DNA from: Chiloscyllium plagiosum
Taxonomy: Eukaryota
Reading direction: 5' to 3'
DNA length: 46,603 bases
Assembly: GCF_004010195.1 (NCBI RefSeq)
Contig: NC_057728.1
Span: 44,308,153-44,354,755, forward strand
Position numbers and translations under genes: made by a program. Positions 10,579-23,825 of the stretch are shown here, piece after piece; position 1 is the first letter of the stretch, and every line of letters starts with the position of its first letter. The notes below the pieces were generated by a model. It worked only from the letters and a program-made list of their open reading frames with translations, did no database searches and was not told the origin of the DNA.

Positions 10579-11900
10579 AAGATTTATAAAGTCTACACGA
10601 GAATGGAGATGTGGAGCTCAGGACCAGTCAGCTGTGTACTGGATTGATATCTACAAAGACATCAAGAAAGAATATTGACATCTTAAAAATATTCCAAAAG
10701 TGTTAGAATACATCGCAAAAAAAGGGGATGACAGCTACTGAAGTGCCATCCAGACTGTGGTATCTTGTGGGAGTTATTTAAACACATAATCAAGAATGAT
10801 ACCTCATAGTTACAGACTACTACCAAATGTTCCCTTTAATCTGAAAGCAATAATAATCATCTCATCCATATGACTTCTGTTCTCTGAGAAAGAAAAATAT
10901 ATGAAAATGGAAACCGATTGATCTCTGGAGAACTTACAGAATTCACTGAACAGTGTGGGTTCAACATCATCACCTCTTCACCACATCATCATTAGGACAT
11001 ATGGTTTAAAGCAACACTTAGCTGTGCACAGCCTGAGAGTGTAATGGAGCTTAGTTCAATCAAGGAATTCAGAGGGAATGGGATGGTTATCTGGAAAGTG
11101 AGAATGCGAAGGGTAATGAGAAGGCAGAAGAATGGCACGGGGTGAAATGGTCATTTGGAGAGCTGGTATAGACATACTGGGCACAATGACTTCCTCTATG
11201 CTGTGACAGTTTTGCTGTGAATCTGTAATATTACACAAGTGGGCATAGATTTCCACAAACGCTCGTCTAGAGGGGCCAGGGAACCCTTGTGAAGTTCCAA
11301 GATACAAAGGAAGGCCAAAATGTTGTTTTGTTATCACTGCAAATGTCACCACTCAGAGCTGTTGAATGGAAGAAAAGTGCAGGACAATTCTGCCAAACAA
11401 GACAGCTCCCTCAATAGACCAGGATTCCTCCATATTTCACAGATTCACAGCAGAAGGAGGTTGACACTTCAATAAGCATACAAAATCTCAGCCTGAGGCA
11501 TTGAAAACAAATGCAACTGTTGGATATTTCAGTTGGTTGGACCGATGGTTTGTGATGTAGAGTGATGCCAACAGTATGATTCAAATCCTGCACCTGTTGT
11601 GTTTACTTTGAAAGACTCTCCTCCTAGACCTCTCCCCTCACCTCAGATGATCTTCAGGTTAAACCACTACCAGTCATCTCTTTCTCCAATGAGAGAGCAG
11701 TCCTATAGTCTGGTAAGCCTATAGTGACTTTACATGTACAGAATCCAATCATGAAAACCTGAAACCCAACAAATGCCATTGATAAAGGACATATTTTATT
11801 CATACCAAAATCAGTGAGCAAAGGAGAAGGAATGGAGCTCATGTTGATGCACATCTGAAATGGAACCTCAGAAGAGATAATCAACAAAATCAGAAATATC
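10579..11900 (+). mobile_element. Decayed Gypsy pol, part 2 (integrase), interrupted by small inserts
   Basis: SAVYWIDIYKDIKK, YLIVTDYY, FTEQCGFNIITSSPHH, ELLNGRK..RTILP, RRN motifs in integrase order. Confidence 0.75.
11520..11735 (+). mobile_element. tRNA-headed SINE, family C (decayed)
   Basis: TCAGTTGGTTGGA..GATTCAAATCC A/B-box-like head; interrupts the Gypsy remnant. Confidence 0.55.
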
Positions 11901-12294
11901 ATGAGTTAGTCTTGCAATATTTGCAATATCAAACAAGCCTCCTGCAACACCAGGTGTAACACACACTTCAGCTGTGTATCATGCCAACCCACCATTGAAA
12001 GTGATGAATATCATTCACAAGTTGGAGGTAGAACATCTTACCACCTCACCAATACTCTGAATAATATGTACTTTAAAAAAAAACTATTGTAAAGTTTACA
12101 TGAGGAGATTCAGTTTATTTACAAAGGAAGATTGTTAATCATCTTTGCTTTAAAAAGACAAAGTTATTGACTGGAACATTTATAATGATATAAAGACCTT
12201 CTTTAAAGAAAGAGATTAAATTGCTACATTATTCATAAACAACTAGGAACTAAATATTACGTGAATGTATACCTGCTGCTGTACAGCAGTATTC

Positions 12295-12500
12295 ATAGAA
12301 TCAGAACCCTACAATGTGGAAGCAGACCTTTCTTTCGGGTCCACAATGACCCTCCAAACAGCATCCCACCTGGATCTACACCCCCTACCCTATCCCCATA
12401 ACCCTGCATTTCTCATGGCTAATCCACCTAACCTACACATCCCTGTACATTATAGGCAATTTATCATGGCCAATCCACCTAACATGCACATCTTTGGACT
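12295..12500 (-). mobile_element. HE1-type SINE 3' half
   Basis: ATGGCCAATCCACCTAAC.TGCACATCTTTGG and tail shared with other copies; head absent. Confidence 0.8.
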
Positions 12501-12952
12501 ATAACTTTATTAGTTCAATCAATTCTCTTGTCACATGGTAAGCTGAAATAATTACCGTTCATCAAACTCCAGCATTTCAAGTCAACAGTCTGATTATCTA
12601 TAACTCATGAAACCTGTTAGGTGTAACAGTCCCGAACCTGAATTGGATTTTCAATGAAAATGCTGAGGAGACAGCATAGGTAGACATTTTGATAACAGCT
12701 ATGACTTCATTAATGCATTGTTCAACGACTGCCCATTGAGCATATGGATGGGAATGATATGGGATGAAATGTAGTCCTAGTTTTGATGTGAGGAGGTGTG
12801 GTATGCTGATGATCTGCAACCTTCTGGCATCTACCTTCCAATGTGCCAATGATAAGGCCCTTTAAGTTTGCCCAGAAGATCTTCCCAGGTAGCCTTTATT
12901 AGAATAGAGGTTGAATTTCTCTTTCTGTAAAATTTCCACAGTAAAAGCACAA

Positions 12953-13289
12953 TCATAGAATCCTACAATGTGGAAGCAGGCCATTAGACCAATCAAGTTC
13001 GCACCAACCCTCCGAACAGCATCCCACCCAGGACCCCCTCTTACCCCTGTAACCCTGCATTTCCCATAGCTCATCGACCTAGCCAACACATACCTGGACT
13101 CTATGGGCAATTTAGCATGATTAATCAACTTAAACTGTACATCTTTGGACTGTGAGAGGAAACTAGAGCACCTGGGGAAACCCACGCAGACGCAAGAGAA
13201 TGTGCAAACTCCACACAAACAGTTGCTTGAGGCTGCAATCGAACCTCCATCCCTGGTGCTGTGAGGCAATGGTGCTGACAACTGTGCAA
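12953..13289 (-). mobile_element. HE1-type V-SINE
   Basis: GGAAACCCACGCAGAC..TGTGCAAACTCCACAC..CCCTGGTGCTGTGAGGCA. Confidence 0.88.
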
Positions 13290-14548
13290 TAATGTCATTG
13301 TCTGTGCCATCTTGTAACAAAGTCATCAACAGACATTTAGGGATTCTGTTGGTACAACATGTTTTGAAGTCTATTGAGCTGGATATTAATTTGTACTTGA
13401 GCATGGCCTCAAGTACTTGCTAAAACTTCCCTCAACTTTTTGAAAACATTCTCAGAAAACCTGAATGTACTTATTCAGCAAAGCCCATCCTTATGAAAAG
13501 TAAGTAACATTTTTAGAGGTCTCCTCTTGATCAGTTGTGGTTTCATCTGTGAAATAAATTTGTTTGTTGTTGCTGCTCGTTCCATAGTTGAATGCTTGAA
13601 GATATGTAGTTTCATGTTTTCTTCGAATAGAGTGCAGCACTTGTTTGTTCCTTTCTTTTACTTTGTCCACCATTTTGCTCCTTTAAATGTTTTTCTTTTA
13701 CTTTATTTTCACAGTTTGGCCCTTTTAAGAAGATCTACAAAAACGTGTATCCATGCCTTTACAAAATAATGACCTGTAGTCATGGGATTCAGGCAGAAGG
13801 GGAAGTTTCTACCAAATAATGACCAAGGGCATTACATAAGCTTTATTACTAAATTGAAGAAGACAAAATGACATAACCAACTGACTACTGCACACAGGTA
13901 ATCTTCTGTGTGTTTTAAAATCACAATTTAGTGCTTAAATTCCTTTTTTTGTTAAAACACGGAGACTGAAAGTATCCTTTAACCATCAGTGTTGTTCTTA
14001 AGCCTGGAGGAAGCCTTTTAGTCAAAGATTTTGTGTTTAGACAATTGAATTTTATGGCTGGATTTGTGCTGAGATTTTGTTATTTATTTCTCTAAGATAA
14101 ATGTTGGCTTGACAGCTTGAGCTTTAAATAGAAAGAAGATAAATCTGCCTTCTATTTAAGTTGGGGATCTGCACTCATGTATATTTATTGTGGTTGGTCA
14201 TCTAAATCCTTTATGATCCAGCACAGTCGGACTTTGAGTGAGGATTCTTTTATAAATAGCCAATGGTGCTCACTACCACATTGTCACCATGATGTAATAT
14301 GACGCCATGGCATAATGTGATATGATAGAGTGATGCTGTGAAACTAGCATGCAGTGACACTTATTTTAGCTCCTGTAACTTAATGTCCTGTTACTTAAAA
14401 ATTACTGAAGAATGCAATACACTTTTATTGCAACACCTAGCATATGTACATGACAATCACAGACTCTTGCATGTCTGTGCTCAGGCTGAAGAGTCTGGAT
14501 GTATTGCAGTATATTTCCCTCAGTTTTTCACACTGTAAGAGAACAGAG

Positions 14549-14671
14549 TCGAGCGCGTGGTTCTGGAAAAGCACAGCAGGTCAGGCAGCATCCGAGGAGT
14601 ATGAGAATTGACGTTTCGGGCATAAGCCCTTCATCATTCCACAAGCATCTGCAGTCCTCACTTTCTCCCTA
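14549..14671 (-). mobile_element. 123-bp Penelope-like mini-insert with internal inversion and clipped hammerhead
   Basis: 13-bp TSD TAAGAGAACAGAG at 14536-14548 and 14672-14684; 14549-14636 is antisense terminal repeat, ~14644-14670 is the sense tail (cf. 1582-1605). Confidence 0.88.
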
Positions 14672-15049
14672 TAAGAGAACAGAGCTCAGTAAGATGGAGA
14701 CTGTGAGCTTTATAGCATGCTATGAGAAAGTGATGGCATCAAGAACATGTCCCATATCTGCTGCAAGACATGAACCACATTTGGTCTACGCACACAACTG
14801 TCACACTTCTCTTCTGTTGGACTACAATCTCTTTTAGTGCTTTAGTGAGGGATACAATTACACATGAATCTTGAAAGCTAAGTGGTTCACCCAGAAACAA
14901 GGGCGTTAAATTTGAATAATGCAAAGATTGGCCGTGGTGGTTTGGGAAAATATATGAAAAGGTGAGATTGTGCATAAATAATGAACAATTTCTAAAATAA
15001 GTATTACATGGAACTATGCATTCTTCCAAAATGCAAAAACTCAAAATGG

Positions 15050-17135
15050 TCAGTCAACCATGGCTGACAAAAGAAGTTAGGGATGAAATAAAATTAAAAG
15101 AAAAGCCTTATAACATTTCCTCAATAGTAATCAATCTAAGATATTAGAATACAACAAAAAGGACTAAGAAACTGATAAGGAAAGGCAGAATAGAATACAA
15201 GTGCATTCCAGCAACAAAAAAAACCAAAAAAGTAATTTTTAAAAGGAAGCTTTTGACTAAACCAAATATGAGTTCATTAAAAGCAACTCAGGAAACTTTA
15301 TAATTGGATAGAGAAATGGTAGGGAAGCTAAATTATTATTTTTGCAACTGTTTTCACTGAAAAAGATACAAAAAGTTTTCCAGAAATAGAGATCCATGTG
15401 AGTGGGACAGATTAGGAGTTGAAGGAAATAAGAATTACTAAGGTGGTTGTATCGGGAAAATAATTGGGCTGAAGGTTGATAGAGCGTTGGGACCTGATAG
15501 TCTACATCCTAGAGTGTTGAAGGAGGTGGCTATAGAGATAGTCAATGCCTTTTAATCAATTTCCAAAGTCTCACTGAATCTGGAATGATTCCTACTGATT
15601 GGAAGCTTGTAAATGTCACCCCACTATTTAAGAAAGGAGCAAGGGAAACAATCAGGGAACCACAGACCCATCTGCATCACATCATTAGTAGGCAAAATAC
15701 TAGAGTCTATCATGAAGGACGTGATACTGGTCACTTGGATAATAATGATTTGATTGGACAGAGTCAGTATGAGTTTGTAAATGAAAAATCATGTTTAACA
15801 AACTTGTTGGAGCTCTGTAAGGATGGTTGATAAAGAAGAGTTGATGGACGTAGTATATTCGGATTTTCATCAGGTCACCAATAACGTCCCTTCAAGGAGT
15901 TTCTTCAGCAAAATTAAAGCACATGACATAGATTGTAATGTACTGGTATGCATTAAGAAGTGACTTACAGAAACAAAGAGTGGAGGTTAATAAGTCATTC
16001 ATTCATTCATTGTCAGACTGTGATTAATGGAATACCACAAGATCAGTACTTAGGTCTCAATTGTTCACAGTATATATCAATGATTTGGAAATGGGTCCAA
16101 TTTAATATTTCAAAATTTGTAGACGTTAAGCAGAAATTGGTTTTGTGAGGAAGGTGTAAACGTTTTTGGGAGGATTTGGACAAACTTAATAATTAATCAA
16201 GAATGTGACATAAGAAATGTAATGTTGAAAAATGTGAAATTATCCACTTTGGTTTGAAAAACAAATGTGAAGAATATGTTTGAAATGATAAAAGTCTAGA
16301 AAGTGAACATGTGAAAAGGATGTTCTTGTTGTTGAGTTACTGAAAGCTAACCTGTAGGTGCAGCAAGTTATTAGAAAAGCTAATGGAATGTTAGCCTTTA
16401 TTGCAAGAGGATTTGAGTAAGGAGCATTGCAGTCTTGCTTTAATTATTTAGGAGCTTGTTTGACTGCACTTGAAGTACTGTGTGCAGTTTTGTTCCACTT
16501 ATCTCAGGAAAGATATTGCTACCTAAACAGGCTGTACAACAAAGGATCACCAGTCTTGTTTCAGAAATGGCAAGATTGTTCTGTGAAGAGATATTGGGCA
16601 AACTGGGCTCATTATCTCATTGCAACATAAAAAATACTTAAAGCAATCGACAGGGTAGATGCAAGAAAGATGTTTCTTCTGTTTGGGGAATTCTCTACTC
16701 CAGAGGGTTAGGGCTGGGAGCTTAGCCTTTGTGTATATTTAAAGTAGAGATTGATACATTTTCAAAATATCAATGGTTGAACGGTTATGAGGATAGTATG
16801 GCTAAAAGGCATTGAAGTGTACAATCAGCCATGATCATATTCAATAAAAACCAGAAGAACTTCAGGTGCTGTAAATCAGAAAAAAAAATAGAAATTACCT
16901 GAAAAGTTCTGCAGGTCTGGCAGCACATGTAGAAAGAAATTAAAGTCAACGTTCCTCAGAACTGGAGGAAAGGTCACTCGACCCGAAAAGTTAACACTTG
17001 ATTTCTCCCACAGATGCTGCCAGAGGTGCTGAGCTTTTCCAACAATTTCTATTTTTGCTTTTTATTGTTTTCAATGATGGGATAAGCTAAATGGGCTGAA
17101 TGACCTCTTCCTGTTCACATGTTTCTTTGTTTCCT
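15050..17135 (+). mobile_element. Old degenerate CR1 (linker, RT and 3' end)
   Basis: PWLTKE, GPDSLHPRVLKE, PTDWKLVNVTPLFKKG, KSCLTNLLE, EVLCAVL; tail near 17110-17135. Confidence 0.88.
16846..17069. mobile_element. Palindromic (foldback) Penelope-derived mini-element with central decayed hammerhead
   Basis: Arms ~16884-16953 and ~16989-17056 are reverse complements; TSD TTCAAT 16840-45 / 17070-75. Confidence 0.78.
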
Positions 17136-17292
17136 ACTTTATTTCTGACATCAGTTGGAATTTGATGCCAAGTCGTGCGGATTACCAAGCATCCAAGAAC
17201 AATGACGTCAACAGTAGGGGGAGAGTTAATCCCATTGAAGTGGTCTTGCAGTTGGCACATCAGGAAATAAATTGAATTGGCTTTTTCAATTA

Positions 17293-17562
17293 CATAGAAT
17301 CCCTAAAGTGTGGAAAGAGGCCCTTCCACCCATCAAATCTGCACTAACCCTCTGAAAAACAACCCAACCAGACCCAGCCCACCCCTCCCTATCCCTGCAT
17401 TTACCATGACTAATACACTGAACTTATGCATCTTTAGACTGTGGGAGGAAACTGGAGCATTCAGCAGAAACGCACAGACGGGGGAGAACATACAAACTCC
17501 ACATAGACAATCGCCCAAGGCTGGAATTGAACCTAGGATTTTGGCACTGTGAGGGAACTGTC
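17293..17562 (-). mobile_element. HE1-type V-SINE
   Basis: GTGGGAGGAAACTGGAGCA..CAAACTCCACATAGAC..GGAATTGAACC. Confidence 0.85.
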
Positions 17563-19059
17563 TTCTGCAGGATCTGTAAAAGGATTGCATACAGTTAACA
17601 AAACTGGGATGAGCTGAACTGAATTTAATTTCCTAAGGTTTGCTTTGAGAGCTGTCCATATCCGTTCACGTACTGGTCGTGTTACATTACCAGCCTAAGG
17701 CGTGCATTGATTATTTTTTCCCTTTCCAACTTGCAATGGCAAGAGATTCACATCAGTTCAGGCCAGTTCTGTGGTTTACTGGTGGAAGATTGTAACAGTG
17801 AAATATAATTGGAGTGAATAATGGCACCAATTCTTTTTGACACCATAGTGTGTTTCAGTAGCCAATTCACAACAAATGCAAACTTCCAGCTCAAGTCAAA
17901 ACAGATCTTTACTACTAAGGCCATTAGCAAAGTTATTTGTAACTCCATGACATATTGGCCATTGCAGACTTTTGCTGACCTTGTCTTTACTAACCTATTA
18001 CAGATTTGTACATTTGTTTTAATTTTCTGTGACTCGTTTAGTCAGCAAAATTAATTTGCAAGAAATACAGACTTATTGAACTACACATGAAGGTGAAAGT
18101 TATACCTTAATGATTTTCTCAAGAGGATATTTTTCAGAACATAAATGAAGTTTTTACTTCAATCTCATATTACTCACTTCCTGAAGAGTACTCTCAAGGT
18201 TTAAGGCTAAGATCAAGTGCTGGAAAAGCTAGGAAATATGCCTGAATAGCACTTTGTGTTCAGCACAGAGCTGCTTTGTGATTGACAAGACCACTGACTA
18301 ATATGGAGACTGATCTATTTTGTGTTAATTTTTCCTCAGCTCAACATTGTACAATTACAAAATTAAAAAGTAACTTTATTTTTAATTATTTTTTAAGCTT
18401 TCCTTTTCCCAAAGTGCCCTTTCCAACAGATTTATTTGCCTTCCTATTTATCTGTCAGATTGCATATTTTCAATACTATTCTAAAGTAATTTTGCTAAAT
18501 ATTTTTAATTGCATATATACTGTAATTTCTGATAACATCTTCAGTAGAGTACATGAGTTGCTGGATCACCCTATGTGGCATGATTTACCCTAAGTTTACT
18601 GTTCATGCAATGCATTACTGCTGTAGCAAAATCCCACTAATTACCCCTGCTTGGCTGGCCATATAGCATTAAACATCATTTTTGCTTAATAATGTGAGTT
18701 GACTTAGCCATGAATTAAGACTATTGATGGGCTGAATTTTTATTTTGAACTAGATCCTTTATTTGTACATGAATAAGTTATCCAAGTACATTAATGTCAC
18801 ATCAGATTTAAGTTTAATATCAATTTCTCTTTTACCATGTCACACTGTCACTGTGTATTAAAACAGTTTTGTATTATTACTATAAAGGCACAAAAGAAAC
18901 CATAACTTGGCAGTCGGGAGGCAATCTAATTCTTGAATTCTCTGAAGTGAAGGAGTGGAGTGTTGACAGAGATAAAATATGAGGTGCACCTTGAATCTGC
19001 TGATGAAAATTGGGATTCCTGTCTGTTTGCACCCTCCCCAATCCTATAAATATACGAGT

Positions 19060-19370
19060 TAGGAGCAGAATAGGCCATTCTGGCCGTCAGGCCTTCTCTA
19101 CTATTCTATAAGTTCGTGACTTCTGAGTGTATTTTGATAGATAACCTTTGATTCTCTTGCCTAACAACATTCAATCTACCTTCACCTTAAAAATATTTAA
19201 TTTCCAGCCTCCACCATTTTCAAACCTGGAGAGATCCAAAGTCTCTCAACCCACTGACAGAAAAAGGTTCTCTTCATCTCTGTCTTAAAAGTAATTATTA
19301 AACTGTGCCTGCTGGTTAAGGATGCACCTAAATGAGAAGACCAAAACTGCACACACCATCCAATGAACGT
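19060..19370 (-). mobile_element. Old CR1 3' end remnant
   Basis: TAGGAGCAGAATAGGCCATTC..GCC, similar to 30455-30720. Confidence 0.6.
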
Positions 19371-20362
19371 TTTGCAACCTTATTGATTGCATTCTTGTGC
19401 TACCTTGGAATCAAGCCATTATTTTCTCATTAGAGCCAACAAACCTTACGTTAGTTGAGAGCTGCTGTGAGCCCTATGTAGACTACGCAAAGGTCCTGCA
19501 ACTGCCCCAGAGAATGGTAATGGATCCCATCTGGGCTCCATTAACTTCCCAGAAATGTTCATTTCTTTGGGAAGAAGAATACTTTAACATACTGGAATCC
19601 CAGATTTAGGGGCTATTTTATTGACATTTTTATTCTTTTAACTACCCATGTAGCTCCTTGAAGATCCAATAATGTGATCCTGACATTCTAAAACTTCTTT
19701 CAATCAACTTTGTTTTCTCAGTCTACCTAGCATTATTTCTTTGTTTCTTGGCTGTTAGGTTTTGCAGGCCACTACACCAGGGAAACTGAGCCAGACTCCT
19801 TAACAAAGATTAACTAACTAATTTCTGTTTATAATAATTGTATGTGAGCATACCCTTTGATATATGCCATAAAGTGCCATCACCAAAAGTACTTTATAAC
19901 TCAAAACCAGCATCATTTTCTCCCAAAATTCCATTATTGCTTCAATGCATCATATGCATATTCTTCTACATTTCACTTGCAGATTGATTCACAGAATTAT
20001 TACAGCACAGAAGTTCATTATGTCCGTACCAGCTCTCCCAATGATTATCTCTGTGCCAATCTCCTATCTGCATCCTGTAACTCTGCACAGTATACTTTTT
20101 CAAATAAAAATTAAATTACCTTTTTATTACCTTACTTGATTCAGCCTTCACCTCTCAGACAACACATTCACAGCCTAACCACACACTGCATGAAAACCTT
20201 ATTCTTCATATCACTTTTACTTCATTTGCTAATGATTGAATACATTATGACAGAATACTCAGTGTGTGAAACTGCCAGGAACTCATCTTAAGAGTTGAAT
20301 TCACTATAAATTTCCAAATATATTTGTTAATCTACACATTTGCAAAATTGGCTAGCTCTTTT

Positions 20363-20677
20363 GATTAGCTTCCCTACAGTGTGGAAAAAGGACTTCGGCC
20401 CATCAAGTCCACACTAGGCCTCCGAAGAGTAACCCACCCAGACCCATTTTCCCTCTGTCTAATGCCCCTAACAGTATGGGCAAATTTTTAGCATGACCAA
20501 TCCACTTGACCTGCACATCTTTGGATTGTGTGAGGAAACCGGAGCACCCGGAGGAAATCCATGCAGACACGGGGAGAATGTGCAAACTCCATACAGACAG
20601 TCGCCCAAGGCTGGAATCGAATCTCGGTCCCTGGTGCTGTGAGGCAACAGTGCTAACCACTGAGCCACCGTGCAGCC
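20363..20677 (-). mobile_element. HE1-type V-SINE, full length
   Basis: High similarity to 8859-9171 in reverse. Confidence 0.92.
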
Positions 20678-21477
20678 CCAATTGTCAAAAAATTGTCAAT
20701 TTTTTGTGAATTATAGACATAGATTAATAACATTGAAAATTTGTTTTCAATGTAATAAATTCTTATTGGACTGAATAATTGAAAATACAATTGCATTCAA
20801 ATTAGCACTTTGTTAGAAAAAAGAAAGTCAGGCCATTCGCACTAAATGTTGTATGACCAAACAAGCTGTTTCCGTTTGCTTCTGAGACAGCTGGATTGAA
20901 ATTCTAAGGCTGTAATTACTTTTGGAATTGCTCTTTGGCAAAATGCCTAATGTAGATCTTCATAGGAAGAGCGGGTTTATATAATAAAATGAAGCTTAAA
21001 GAAAATATGAGCTTTGGTGCAAGTAGCTACTGCCGTAAAATCTATGGTCTCGCCTTGAGACTTAGCCAGGTTAGAGATCAGCTTTCATTATAATGCACAA
21101 CTGTTTTAACCGATCCTGTCAAGTCTTACCATTGTGCCTCAGTCATCATGATCAAGTTCAAACTGATTTCAGTATGACAGTTGAAAATATGTGAAATATT
21201 AACAAAGACATCAAGCAGGGGTGACGGGAATCACAGAAAAAACAATGTTATAATTTACTTTGCACATGTTAAGTTGTATAACTGTTATGATACAGATATT
21301 GCTTAGGGAAAGAGCACAAAAAGCAGCAGGAGATTTGCATTGGACTGATTACATGGGCTTTATCTGAGTCACTGGTTCATAACTATTTCAAAATGTAAAG
21401 GGTGAGTTATGTGGTTTTGCTATGCCATACTCACATCATTTATTTTAAACTAGAAGACTGACAGGTGTTCTAAGAAA

Positions 21478-21830
21478 GGAAAACTTGCATTTATTTAGCA
21501 CCTTTTATGATTTCAAGAGACTAATTGAGCTACTTTGGTCGTGCTGTTCCTGTTGTAATCTAAGAAATTTCACAGCCATTTTGCACCCAGAGAGTAAACA
21601 CTTTCTCACAATCTGCAACTAAAAAATTGTTAGGTTACCAATTTTTCCTTGTTGAGTAAAGGATAATATAGGCCAGAATATTGGGAGAACTCCAAGTTTC
21701 TACTTCAAATGGCGTTGTGATCTTCTACATCCACTTGAGAGGGCAGACTCGACCTCAGTTTAGTACCTTACTTGAGAAAAGGTATCTCCGATTGTTTAGC
21801 ATTTTCTCAGCATTACACAGAAATAGCTCG
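21478..21830 (-). mobile_element. DeuSINE (SacSINE1/AmnSINE1-like) remnant
   Basis: GGATAATATAGGCCAG..GGGAGAACTCC..GATCTTCTACATCCACTTGAGAGGGCAGAC..CCTCAGTTTA matches my recollection of the reverse Deu domain; ACTTGCATTTATTTAGCACC tail. Confidence 0.7.
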
Positions 21831-23534
21831 GAAAATATTGATGCCTCTAAGCATATATGAAAGCCATAATGAAAGAAATATTTGTGTAGGTTGTCTCCAT
21901 ACTATGTTTGTTGATTAACATTAGAAAATCTAAAAGAGAGGGGCCAATTTCAAACAAAATGCAGAAAACAGCTAAATTGCAAAATTAGAATTCCAGAAGA
22001 GGAGAACAAATAAGTAGTGAATGGCACAAAAATAAATAAAATGATTGATTCAAGCAATCAAATGAACACCTAGGGATCTTTGCAATGAGATTGGAATTGC
22101 TGCCTTGAATACAATTCCATTTTTCTGTGAAGTATTTTGCATTTAAATGTTTTAATGCATATATTTGTATTCATAAGCACACCATCTTATGCATGACCAG
22201 TTGAGGTTCAATTTTCAAAGCTATTGACCTATGACTGTAAATACCTACAACTTAAGGGAATTGTTAGTTTTTCGTGCAGCTTTTCTAATGGTTGGAAAAT
22301 AATCAGGGATATGCAACTGGCTGATCTGAATTCAAATTCAGATAAGATAATTAAGAATATACAAACCTATTTGATAGAAAATACAGAACTAATGGTGTCT
22401 CTGCGGAAGGAGACATGTGGAGTACATGAATCAGTTGTTCCTGCACTGACTGCAGATTCTCATAATGTATTCCTTAAAATCTTCTGTAACTACTGAAGTA
22501 AGTAGTCCAAGAATTTTGCGGTGGTAAAGATTAATTATAGATTAAAATTTGTCATCTATTAGGAACAGTCACTTTGTGTCTGTTGTACTACACTATGTCC
22601 TTAAATTTGTGAATGTATTCCTGAATTGCAGTTGGAAACCTTACAGTATGCTGTTTTATTTGGTTTGGTCAATTTCAGGTCCAGGCTGATTTTTCCAACT
22701 GTGGCTAAATTTAGAAAGATCAATTTTGGGCCTGTGGTTTCTTGATGACAAATGATTATAACTACTCTGCAATAACCAACAGACAGCAGAGAGTTGGAAT
22801 AAATTAGTCATTTTCTGGTTGGCTAGATGCCACCAGTGAGGTGACACAGGGTCTGGTCTTTAATGACGTACGTTTCATAGAAAGGTTTCAATGACCAATT
22901 TGTGAAAAGGATCAATCTCTGTTCTTTCCATTCGGTGAATAAGTCCAAGACAGCTTGATTTGTTTTTAAATATACTTGCGCCCCATCCAGCCCAGTCTTT
23001 CAGAATGAAAACCCACCATATCCTTACCCCATCCAATATCTCTGACACTGAGATCTCGGGCTAGATATACATTCACAATTAGGTTTTCAGGTTTTGGAGT
23101 TTAATTCAGAATATCAGGGTCAAAAGTGTGTCAATTAAAACGAGCAAACACCAGGTAAGTTTAATTACCTGAATCATCCTTATAATGTCCTTCCATTTCT
23201 TCTCTGTCTTTGAAGAAGACCTCTATTGCTGTGGTAATCAATTTTTGGAGGTATAAAGCAATGGGAAAAATATGTTGTGGGGTTTAAAAAAAAACAATAG
23301 ATTGCATGAAGGATGATGTTTTCCATTTGAAAATACAGCCTTCTTGGAAAAATCTAATCAAATGTACAATTGCTGTAAAAGTTGCTTCTCTCTGTCTGCT
23401 TGTCATCTTTGTCTGATCCCATAAAAAGAATCAATCTTCTCCAGCTCTCAGAGCCCTCAGTCTTATATTCTGAATTCCAAGACCAGAAAAATGTTGATTT
23501 TAATTTGTCATCATTATACCATATGACAAGAAAA

Positions 23535-23825
23535 TAGCAAAGCGATTTTATGGAAGGCAATTCATACAGTCAGGCATTCCAAAGTGCTTCACAGTCAATA
23601 AATTGGCTTTGGAGTTAGGACAGTGTTCGACAGGTAAATGTGACATAGCAAGATCCCACAAATAGCATTGATATAAATAAACAAATAATCCGGTTAAATG
23701 GTGCTGCTTGGTGCTACCTGTAAATGTTAGCCAGAGCTCCCTTGCTGTAACTTTAATTGTGACACTTTTTATTATGTCAAGAAATTATCAATAAAGTGAA
23801 TATGTGAAATGGTTTAATGTCTGTT
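23535..23825 (-). mobile_element. More decayed DeuSINE-like remnant
   Basis: CCAAAGTGCTTCACAG..AGCAAGATCCCACAAA..TAAATGTTAGCCAG..GGTTTAATGTC colinear with 21478-21830. Confidence 0.55.

Noticed and set aside
22828..22848. CTCF-like GCCACCAGTGAGGTGAC
   Set aside because: The second half departs from the core consensus
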